DNA of 64,000 nucleotides, taken from positions 2,355 to 66,354 of the forward strand of contig JAYOMZ010000005.1 of the NCBI GenBank assembly GCA_038121125.1. The letters run 5' to 3'. The DNA comes from Alphaproteobacteria bacterium (GTDB taxonomy: Bacteria > Pseudomonadota > Alphaproteobacteria > Puniceispirillales > Puniceispirillaceae). Below, piece by piece: positions 39,905 through 47,644 of the stretch; the first letter of the stretch is position 1; every line of letters starts with the position of its first letter. The notes under the pieces were generated by a model. It was not told where the DNA came from, did not search any database, and saw only the letters and a list, made by a program, of their open reading frames with translations. The position numbers and the translations under genes are program-made.

Positions 39905-40360
39905 ATGCGACGCAGTAAATTAGAGATTGTTATGGGGTTGGTGGTACTGGCCGGGGCAGCCGGTTTTACTGCCCTTGTATATCAGCTGGCAGATTTAAAA
40001 ACCTCTAACGGTTATGAGATTGGCGCAGATTTCGGTACAACCGGCGGGCTGGTGGTCGGCGATGATGTTCGGCTTTCAGGGATCAAGGTGGGGCGGATTG
40101 TCTCGCAAACGCTGGATCCCGTTACCTATACAGCGCGCATTAATATGCAAATTGATAATAGCGTCAAACTGCCCGAAGATAGCTCGGCGCGCATTACCGC
40201 TGCCTCGCTTCTGGGCGGTAACTTCCTTGAGATATTGCCAGGCAGTTCAGATGAGTTGCTACAGGCTGGGGCGGTTATCTATGATACACGCGATCCGGTT
40301 AGCCTGTCTGACCTGCTGGGTAAATTTGTTTTCCAGAACAATGATGCCGGCACGCGCTAG
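39905..40360 (+). CDS. MlaD-like single-MCE-domain protein
   Basis: N-terminal TM anchor LEIVMGLVVLAGAAGFTALVY followed by an MCE domain (GGLVVGDDVRLSGIKVGRIVSQTLD; ARITAASLLGGNFLEILPG); 151 aa. Confidence 0.8.
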   Translation: MRRSKLEIVMGLVVLAGAAGFTALVYQLADLKTSNGYEIGADFGTTGGLVVGDDVRLSGIKVGRIVSQTLDPVTYTARINMQIDNSVKLPEDSSARITAASLLGGNFLEILPGSSDELLQAGAVIYDTRDPVSLSDLLGKFVFQNNDAGTR

Positions 40361-40805
40361 GGCTGGTTTCGGGGTGTTTGCCTCTATCGCATGGCGGATA
40401 TTATTCGGTGCGGCTTGTTTGTTTTTTCTGCCTCTTGCCAGCATGATGGCCTCTGCCCAGCAGCCCCCCGCCCAGGAAGGCTGGATTGTCGGGGAAGGCG
40501 TCAGGTTACAGACCCTCGATAAAATTACCGCCCGAATTGCAACCGCTGAAATGGCTCTGAACCAGCCAACCCGTTTTGGCACGCTGGAGATAACCGGCTT
40601 TCATTGTGCCTATCGCCCGCCCGAAGCGCCGCCCGAAACAGCTGCCTTTCTGGAAATAAGGGATATTGGCTATTCGGATAAAAAAAATCAGACGGAAAGT
40701 CAGGCGGTGGTGGTTTTTTCCGGCTGGATGTTTGCCTCTAGTCCGGCTATCTCTGCTCTGGAACACCCTGTTTATGATGTTACGGTTCTGGCCTGTGCCA
40801 AATGA
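40341..40805 (+). CDS. DUF2155-domain secreted protein
   Basis: Downstream part of a 263-aa ORF. Start taken at ATGATG 40341, 20 nt inside the mlaD end. Signal-like AWRILFGAACLFFLPLASMMASA, then LQTLDKITARI...FGTLEITGFHC...PPE...AFLEI and the C-terminal HPVYDVTVLAC that I associate with DUF2155. Confidence 0.7.
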   Translation: MMPARARAGFGVFASIAWRILFGAACLFFLPLASMMASAQQPPAQEGWIVGEGVRLQTLDKITARIATAEMALNQPTRFGTLEITGFHCAYRPPEAPPETAAFLEIRDIGYSDKKNQTESQAVVVFSGWMFASSPAISALEHPVYDVTVLACAK

Positions 40806-41434
40806 TCAAAAATAATATCCTCTGCTATCTCTAGCGGTATTTCAGCCGGTTTGGCCAGCGCCGCTTGCAGCTGTTTTTGAAATGCATTTTTCGATATTTC
40901 TATCAGGCCAAACTGGCGCAGATGGTCATTGGCAAATTGCGCATCCAGCAACATAAATTTGCCGTAATAGAGGCGTGCCATCAAATGGGCAAGGGCAATT
41001 TTAGAGGCATTGCTGCGGCGCGAGAACATGGATTCGCCGAAAAAGGCACTGCCAAGGCGAATACCATATAGCCCGCCTATCAGCTCTGCATCCTCCCATA
41101 CCTCAAAGGAATGGGCAAATCCCATCTTGTGCAAGGCCAGATAGAGCCGGATAATCTCTGCATTTATCCAGCTATCTTTTCGGCTATGCGTGATTTCTGC
41201 ACAGCCTTCTATCACGGCGCGGAAATTTTTATTGATACTTACCTGCCAGCTGGTCTGGCGTATGGTGCGTAATAGCCGGCGCGGAATATGAGGCGGGTTT
41301 ATCGGCAGAATGCCGCGCACAAGCGGCTCATAAAATTGTATCTGGTTATCTTCACGGGACTGAGCCATCGGAAATACACCGATGGAATAGGCCTTGATGA
41401 TGGTTTCCGGGGCATAAATATAGGCGTTCGTCAT
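40772..41434 (-). CDS. aat: Leucyl/phenylalanyl-tRNA--protein transferase
   Basis: AYSIGVFPMAQS, SWINAEIIRLYLALHKMGFAHSFEVW, LIGGLYGIRLGSAFFGESMFS and DAQFANDHLRQFG. The 3' end overlaps the convergent DUF2155 gene by 34 nt. Confidence 0.9.
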   Translation of the reverse strand: MTNAYIYAPETIIKAYSIGVFPMAQSREDNQIQFYEPLVRGILPINPPHIPRRLLRTIRQTSWQVSINKNFRAVIEGCAEITHSRKDSWINAEIIRLYLALHKMGFAHSFEVWEDAELIGGLYGIRLGSAFFGESMFSRRSNASKIALAHLMARLYYGKFMLLDAQFANDHLRQFGLIEISKNAFQKQLQAALAKPAEIPLEIAEDIIFDHLAQARTVTS

Positions 41435-41452
41435 TGCCTGCCCATCTGACTA

Positions 41453-42799
41453 TCAGCTATCGCTGCTAAAAAAATCCTGCTCCAGCCATTTAATGGAATA
41501 GTCCCCTGTCTGGATAGCAGGCGCATCCAGCAGGCGCTTATGTAAATCCAGCGTGGTGGGAATAGGCTCTACCACAAATTCCTGCAAGGCCAGCCGCAAT
41601 CGTGCCAGCGCATGGTTGCGGTCTCTGCCATGCACAATCAGCTTGGCAATCAGACTGTCATAATATGGCGGAATGCGATAGCCGCTATATAAAATAGTAT
41701 CTACCCGTACCCCTGAGCCGCCTGCCGCATGATAAAACTCGACCGTTCCGGGTGTGGGCACAAAGGTTTCGGGGTGTTCGGCATTAATACGGCATTCAAT
41801 CGCATGACCGGTAAAGGTGACCTCTTCCTGTGTAAAGCTCAGCTTTTCCCCGCTGGCAATACGGATCTGCTCGCGTACCAGATCGACCCCTGTAATGGCT
41901 TCGGTAATGGGATGTTCTACCTGCAAGCGCGTATTCATCTCGATAAAGAAAAACTGGCCATCCTGATAGAGAAACTCCATCGTTCCCACGCCCAGATAGC
42001 CCATCTGCGCGGCCGCTCTGGCAGCGGTTTCGCCGATAAACTTGCGCTGTTCCTCGCTCAAGGCAGGTGAGGGGGCTTCTTCAAATAATTTCTGGTGGCG
42101 TCTTTGTACCGAACATTCACGCTCGCCAAGATGCACCGCGTTGCCATGCGAATCTGCAATTATCTGTACTTCAATATGGCGCGGATTATCCAGATAACGT
42201 TCCAGATAAACTGTATCATCGCCAAAGGCGGCCTTTGCCTCGGAACGGGCAGACGAAAAGGCTTCGGCCAGACCATCTGCACTGGCCGCAACCTTCATGC
42301 CCCGGCCGCCACCGCCTGAGGCTGCTTTTACCAGCAATGGAAAGCCGATATCCCTGGCCAGCTTTGTTGCTTCTTCCAGCGTTGGCACCGCGCCCGGCGA
42401 GCCTGGCACAAGCGGCAGGCCAGAAGCAGCTGCGGTAATTTTTGCCTGTACCTTGTCACCCATCTGCCGGATGTGATCCGGCTCAGGCCCGATAAAGGTC
42501 AGGCCATGGGCTTGGACAATATTGGCAAAATCGGCATTTTCGGCCAGAAACCCTACACCGGGATGTACCGCATCACACCCCGTTACGGCCGCGGCCGAGA
42601 TCAGATTGGGAATATTCAGATATGAATTTGCTGCTGCGGGCGGGCCAATACATACGCTTTCATCTGCCAAACGTACAGGCATGGATTCTTCGTCCGCTGT
42701 TGAATGAACCACAACGGTTGGGATGCCCATTTCCTTGCAGGCGCGCAATACCCGCAACGCCACATCACCGCGATTAGCAATAAGAATCTTTTTGAACAT
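41453..42799 (-). CDS. accC: Acetyl-CoA carboxylase biotin carboxylase subunit
   Basis: MFKKILIANRGDVALRVLRACKEMGI, the ATP-grasp motifs, and EMNTRLQVEHPITE; 448 aa. Confidence 0.97.
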   Translation of the reverse strand: MFKKILIANRGDVALRVLRACKEMGIPTVVVHSTADEESMPVRLADESVCIGPPAAANSYLNIPNLISAAAVTGCDAVHPGVGFLAENADFANIVQAHGLTFIGPEPDHIRQMGDKVQAKITAAASGLPLVPGSPGAVPTLEEATKLARDIGFPLLVKAASGGGGRGMKVAASADGLAEAFSSARSEAKAAFGDDTVYLERYLDNPRHIEVQIIADSHGNAVHLGERECSVQRRHQKLFEEAPSPALSEEQRKFIGETAARAAAQMGYLGVGTMEFLYQDGQFFFIEMNTRLQVEHPITEAITGVDLVREQIRIASGEKLSFTQEEVTFTGHAIECRINAEHPETFVPTPGTVEFYHAAGGSGVRVDTILYSGYRIPPYYDSLIAKLIVHGRDRNHALARLRLALQEFVVEPIPTTLDLHKRLLDAPAIQTGDYSIKWLEQDFFSSDS

Positions 42800-42801
42800 G
42801 A

Positions 42802-43299
42802 CTACTCTATAATGGCAAGGGGCTGATCAAATTCGATAGGCTGGGCGTTATCCACCAAAATACGGGTTAATTTTCCATCTGCCGGAGCGGTAATCGGGTT
42901 CATCACCTTCATCGCTTCCACAATAAACAGGGTCTGGCCTTTTTTCACCTGATCCCCTTCTTTGGCAAAAAGCGGTGCATCTGGCTCAGGAGCGAGATAA
43001 ACCGTACCAACCATAGGGGATTTTACCGCGCCCGGATGGGCAGCAGCGTCACCTGGTGCCGCAGCAGCTGCGCTTTCTGCCGGGGCTGCCGGCGCTGCGG
43101 CCACAGGTGCTGGCGCCGGGGCAGTTGCAGCCATCATCGCAGGGGCAGCCGCAATGGTTGTGCCGCGTGCCAGCCGGACAGAAATATCTTCTGATTCAAA
43201 TTCCAGCTCGGTCAAATTGCTTTCATCCAGAATGGCGGTCAGCTCTTTGACAAATTTTGTTTCTGCAGAGAATGATTTAGCTTTAGAAGATGAGGCCAT
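42802..43299 (-). CDS. accB: Acetyl-CoA carboxylase biotin carboxyl carrier protein
   Basis: Ala/Pro linker and the biotinyl motif FIVEAMKVMNPI; 2 nt upstream of accC. Confidence 0.95.
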   Translation of the reverse strand: MASSSKAKSFSAETKFVKELTAILDESNLTELEFESEDISVRLARGTTIAAAPAMMAATAPAPAPVAAAPAAPAESAAAAAPGDAAAHPGAVKSPMVGTVYLAPEPDAPLFAKEGDQVKKGQTLFIVEAMKVMNPITAPADGKLTRILVDNAQPIEFDQPLAIIE

Positions 43300-43339
43300 A
43301 ATATTGTGTCATCCTGTCCTGTCTTGTGAATGTTAAAGC

Positions 43340-43804
43340 CTAGCCTTGTGCGGCCAGCTTGCCATAAATACCGCGAATAGCCAAAAGATAGGAATCGCGG
43401 CCAAACCCCTGAATAATCCCGTCACATATTAATGACATAAAACTTTGCTTGCGAAAAGCTTCGCGGGCATGGGTGTTGCTGAGGTGAATTTCAATGCTGG
43501 GCCCCTGAAATAATTGCACCGCATCATACAGGGCGATGGATGTATGGGTATAGGCCGCCCCGTTAATAATCAGGCCGCGTGCCGGATGGGGGCTGGTCTC
43601 AAAGGCAGATTCCTGAATGGCGGTTACCATCTCGCCCTCGATATTGGATTGAAACCAGCGCATGGTCAGCCCCATCTCCTCGCAGAGCTGGCGACAGGCC
43701 GCTTCAATATCCGCCAGCGTATCTGCCCCGTAAATGCCTGGCTCGCGCGTGCCAAGCATATTCAGATTTGGACCATTTACTATCAGAAGATCGGTTTTCA
43801 TCAT
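43340..43804 (-). CDS. aroQ: Type II 3-dehydroquinate dehydratase
   Basis: LIVNGPNLNMLGTREPGIYG, INGAAYTHTSIAL and EIHLSNTHAREAFR. Confidence 0.95.
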   Translation of the reverse strand: MMKTDLLIVNGPNLNMLGTREPGIYGADTLADIEAACRQLCEEMGLTMRWFQSNIEGEMVTAIQESAFETSPHPARGLIINGAAYTHTSIALYDAVQLFQGPSIEIHLSNTHAREAFRKQSFMSLICDGIIQGFGRDSYLLAIRGIYGKLAAQG

Positions 43805-43909
43805 CTAGCTTTCATTTGTCTCTTGCAAGGCTTTGCCTTATTTATCCCCCTGCCTTTTCCGGCAGATTGCTGATGCGTCTTATAAAGCATTTCTGCCTGT
43901 AAAGTCACC

Positions 43910-44644
43910 TTAAGAATTTTTATCGGCCTTCGCCTGTTTGATCAAACTTAAAATTTCTTCGCGGCCAATCGCCCCGGGGATAATATTTTTGCCGATGATA
44001 AGTGCGGGCGTGCCGCGTAAATCAAGGGCGCTGGCTGCCTGACGTGTACGGCTCAGGATAAAATCGGTGCGCTCATCTTGCATATCTTTTTGCAGCTGTT
44101 TTGTATCAAGGCCAACTTTCTTTGCCACGTCATTTATGGCATCGCTATCCAGACGCCCCCGCCAGCCCATCAATGCTTTATGAAAGGCGGGAAATTTTTT
44201 CTGCGCCTGTGCAGCAATAGCCGCTCTGGCGGCCAGAACTGAACTTTCGGCCAGAATAGGAAATTCCTTTATGACCAGACGCAGAGACGGATCAGCCTCC
44301 AGAACCGCCATTAAATCGGGAAAGACCCGCTTGCAATAGCCGCAATTATAATCGGAAAATTCATAGATGATCAGCTCAGGCTGTTCTGCGCCAATATAGG
44401 GATCGCCGCTATCATCATAGACTAGCCCCATCGCTGCTTGCTGGGCGGCTTCGGCTTCGGCCTCTGCCAGCCGGGTCAGTACATCGCGCAATAATACAGG
44501 GTTTTCGCGAATAAAATTCTCGATAAGGGTTTCAACCTGTTTTTTATCCGCAGAAGACAGCTCTGCCTGGCCAGGAGGTGTCAGCCCTGCCAGCAGCAAT
44601 ATTGCCATTAATATTCCGGCTATCGGTGCAGATAAAAATCTCAT
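43910..44644 (-). CDS. DsbA-family periplasmic thiol:disulfide oxidoreductase
   Basis: Signal peptide, and a thioredoxin-fold active site EFSDYNCGYCKRVF (CxxC). Confidence 0.85.
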   Translation of the reverse strand: MRFLSAPIAGILMAILLLAGLTPPGQAELSSADKKQVETLIENFIRENPVLLRDVLTRLAEAEAEAAQQAAMGLVYDDSGDPYIGAEQPELIIYEFSDYNCGYCKRVFPDLMAVLEADPSLRLVIKEFPILAESSVLAARAAIAAQAQKKFPAFHKALMGWRGRLDSDAINDVAKKVGLDTKQLQKDMQDERTDFILSRTRQAASALDLRGTPALIIGKNIIPGAIGREEILSLIKQAKADKNS

Positions 44645-44685
44645 TTTTGTTCCTTTGGTGCGTAATATTTCATAACTCCTCTTGT

Positions 44686-46068
44686 CTATTGAACAATCAG
44701 GGGAACTTCAAGGCTTAGTAGTATATCGCTGGCACGGCTGCGCAAGCTGGGGGTGATATCCTGGCGTGCCAATACCCGTCTTGCCAGAAATATCGCCCGT
44801 TCCTTGTCGCCTCTTGCCATCGCCTCTTCGCCCAGCAAAATATCGGCATGGGATAATTTGCCAAGCCGGCCATAGGCAATGGCCAATTGGCGTTTGGCAA
44901 AACCCCAATCCGGTTCTGTCTTCAAGGTGGTTTCAAGGGCGGTTGCGGCCTGCGCCAGCTGGTCAGGCTGGTTGGTTGCTATCAGTGCGCGGCCCAGGCT
45001 GAGGCTGATAAGCGGGTCATCGGGGCGTTTGTCCAGAGCAGATTGATAATAGCTAATTGCCTCGTCCGGCCGGGCGCTGGAGAGATAAATATCGCCTGCA
45101 AATTCCAGATACCACGCATCTGAAGGGTGGCGGGCGACCAGCTCTTTTATCGCGGTGCGCGCAGCCGCCAGATCGCCATATTGATAATTGGCAATTGCGC
45201 CTTCATACAGCGCGATATCAGGCTCTATTGGCAAGAGGGCGGGATCTGATTTCGAGCGCGGCCAGCTTAATTCCATCGGGCTGCGCAAGGTTTGGCGCGG
45301 AGCATTAACATAGGCGGCCAGCTTGATAACCAGCCTTTGCATCAGGCGCATATCTTCCACAGACAGGGCTCTGTCCTGTTCTTCTTTTTGTGCCAGATGG
45401 TCATTAAAGGTTGCCATCCGGTCGCTCGCCCCAGGATGCGAGCTGTAATAGACAGATTGCCTGCTTTCCGGCAGGGCATTTTGTGCCGAGAGCCGGCGCA
45501 TAACATCGGCAAGGCCAAAGCTGGATATGCCGGCCTGATCCAGCAATCGCAAGGCCCATTCATCGGCGATAGACTCGTCCCTGCGCGAGGTTTTAAGATA
45601 GGCGCGCTTGCCGCTATCCACCCCGCCTATTGCCAGTCCCAGTGCCGCGTCGGGTGATCCGGCCGCTGCTGCAGCCGCCGCTGCCAGGGTCGCTAGGGCG
45701 GTGGCCAGACCCGCTTCCTGAGCCGCCTCGCTGCGAAGCGGCACATGACCAGAGGCCAAATGGCCTATTTCATGGGCAATAACCCCCAATATCTCTTCAG
45801 CAGAACGTGCCTTTAATAACAGGCCGGAATGCAAATAGACGGTGCGCCCCCCTGCGACAAAGGCATTATAGGACGGGTCTATGATAATGCGGATGGAAAT
45901 GCCCTCATTTATCCCGGCCGCCTGTGCCATTTTATTCGAGAGTTTTTCAAAGCCCGCTTCCAGCTCGCTATCGCGGATCATGCCTGCTGCCAGCACTGGC
46001 GCGTAAAAAATCGGCCCTAGCAGGATAAAAAACACGAAACAGGCGCGAATTTGCCATATTCTTGTCAT
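44686..46068 (-). CDS. M48-family zinc metalloprotease with C-terminal TPR repeats (BepA/LoiP-like)
   Basis: HEIGHLASGH (HExxH), an N-terminal signal/TM segment, and a TPR-like C-terminal half (AISYYQSALDKRPDD...). Confidence 0.85.
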   Translation of the reverse strand: MTRIWQIRACFVFFILLGPIFYAPVLAAGMIRDSELEAGFEKLSNKMAQAAGINEGISIRIIIDPSYNAFVAGGRTVYLHSGLLLKARSAEEILGVIAHEIGHLASGHVPLRSEAAQEAGLATALATLAAAAAAAAGSPDAALGLAIGGVDSGKRAYLKTSRRDESIADEWALRLLDQAGISSFGLADVMRRLSAQNALPESRQSVYYSSHPGASDRMATFNDHLAQKEEQDRALSVEDMRLMQRLVIKLAAYVNAPRQTLRSPMELSWPRSKSDPALLPIEPDIALYEGAIANYQYGDLAAARTAIKELVARHPSDAWYLEFAGDIYLSSARPDEAISYYQSALDKRPDDPLISLSLGRALIATNQPDQLAQAATALETTLKTEPDWGFAKRQLAIAYGRLGKLSHADILLGEEAMARGDKERAIFLARRVLARQDITPSLRSRASDILLSLEVPLIVQ

Positions 46069-46285
46069 CTTCTGTGATTATTCTCTCAAAATTGAATAAA
46101 ATGCTAAAAAAATTAAAAAAACAAAATAATATTGCGTTAAACTGATTTGACATAGAGAACAGGAAATGATGTTATCGGGTCTGGTCGGGGTAAATCCTTT
46201 TTTCGGCCAGAAATATGCAAGTAATAAACCTTTATGGCATGATTATGCCCGATAGGGATAAAAAAGTCACAAAGTTGAGATAAAG

Positions 46286-47500
46286 ATGGGTGAAATTCCG
46301 CATAATAAAGAAATAAATAGTACCAAAAAGGGGCTGAAGATAGCAAAGCGCAGCGCCTTGCCGCCTTTTCTGGCACTGGAAGTCATGCGCAAAGCAACAG
46401 AGCTGACACAGGCCGGAGAAGATATTGTGCACTTGGAAGTTGGCCAGCCTTCTTCTTCTGCCCCGGATGCGGTAAATCACGCAATGATGGAAGCACTGAA
46501 AAAAACGCCCACACATGGCTATTCTGTTGCGTTTGGCGTTCTTCCCTTGCGCGAACGGCTCGCCCGTCATTATGCCGAATGGTATGATGTGCGCCCCCAT
46601 ACAGATAATATTGCGGTCACAGTGGGGTCTTCTACCGCCTTTGCGCTGGCATTTTTATCTGCTTTTGATGCAGGCGATAAAATTGCCCTGCCGACCCCTG
46701 GCTATCCGGCCTATCGTAATTTGATGCAGGGGCTGGGATTACAGGCTGTACCGCTTGCCGCAGGCCCTGAACAGGGCTGGCGGCCAATGCTGGCAGAAAT
46801 GGAAAATTGGGAAGAATTGCCAGATGGTCTGATGATTGCCAGCCCGTCCAATCCGACAGGTACGGTGCTGGAAGATAGCGAGCTGGCAGAAATCTGCCGC
46901 TGGTGTGATCAGCATGGGGTGCGTCTGATTTCGGATGAAATTTATCATGGACTGGTCTATGGCAAACGTGCCGATACCGCCCTGAATTATACAAAAAATG
47001 CGATTATCGTAAACAGTATGTCGAAATATTTTTCGATGACAGGCTGGCGTATTGGCTGGATGATATTGCCGGATGACCTGGTTGCCCCGGTTGAAAAACT
47101 GGCACAAAATCTGTTTATATCTGCCCCGACCCCCAATCAGTTGGCCGCCATCGCTGCCTTTGATTGCACAGATGAGCTGAACGCCCATTGTCAGCGCTAT
47201 GCCCAAAACAGGGACATTTTGATGAAAGGGCTGCCCTCTGCCATGCTAGGGGGGGCTGCCCCCTGCGATGGCGCGTTCTATCTCTATGCCGATATTTCTG
47301 CTTTCAGCGATAATGCGCTTGTTTTTGCAGAAAACCTGCTGGCAAGTGAACAGCTCGCCGTAACGCCCGGCATCGATTTTGACCCCGATAATGGTCATCG
47401 CTATGTGCGCCTGTCTTTTGCCGGTCGCACTGAAGATATGCATGAAGCCTGCAAGCGCATTCATAGATTTGTTGAAGCCCGCCGAAGTGATGCGGCCTGA
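46286..47500 (+). CDS. Class I/II pyridoxal-phosphate-dependent aminotransferase (aspartate/aromatic-type)
   Basis: HLEVGQPS, IASPSNPTG, SDEIYHGLVY, SMSKYFSMTGWRIGW (PLP-Lys) and RLSFAG. Confidence 0.85.
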   Translation: MGEIPHNKEINSTKKGLKIAKRSALPPFLALEVMRKATELTQAGEDIVHLEVGQPSSSAPDAVNHAMMEALKKTPTHGYSVAFGVLPLRERLARHYAEWYDVRPHTDNIAVTVGSSTAFALAFLSAFDAGDKIALPTPGYPAYRNLMQGLGLQAVPLAAGPEQGWRPMLAEMENWEELPDGLMIASPSNPTGTVLEDSELAEICRWCDQHGVRLISDEIYHGLVYGKRADTALNYTKNAIIVNSMSKYFSMTGWRIGWMILPDDLVAPVEKLAQNLFISAPTPNQLAAIAAFDCTDELNAHCQRYAQNRDILMKGLPSAMLGGAAPCDGAFYLYADISAFSDNALVFAENLLASEQLAVTPGIDFDPDNGHRYVRLSFAGRTEDMHEACKRIHRFVEARRSDAA

Positions 47501-47553
47501 AAGGCAGATAGCCGGTAAGCCGCTCTTGAAAAAAATTCATCCCCATCATAAAA

Positions 47554-47580
47554 GCAGGAAAAAACTTTCCGGCTTTTTTT
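47554..47580 (+). terminator. Candidate rho-independent terminator after the aminotransferase gene
   Basis: GCAGGAAA-aaac-TTTCCGGC pairs at 7 of 8 positions and is followed by TTTTTTT. It lies 54 nt after the stop. Confidence 0.45.
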
Positions 47581-47606
47581 ATGCATTAGGGATAAAGGTG
47601 TGGGTA

Positions 47607-47639
47607 AAAGGGCAAGCCGGAACAGGGCGTCCCTTTTTT
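47607..47639 (-). terminator. Candidate terminator hairpin just downstream of rne (A/T-flanked, could act in both directions)
   Basis: AAAAGGGCAAGCC-ggaacag-GGCGTCCCTTTTTT is an imperfect stem with an internal loop, ending 6 nt from the rne stop. Confidence 0.35.
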
Positions 47640-47644
47640 CGGAT

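Noticed and set aside
40014-40340. The first 109 codons of the 263-aa ORF that contains the DUF2155 gene, overlapping mlaD in another frame.
   Set aside because: The sequence is Trp/Arg/Cys-rich and not protein-like. The DUF2155-like sequence and its signal peptide begin at the ATGATG at 40341.
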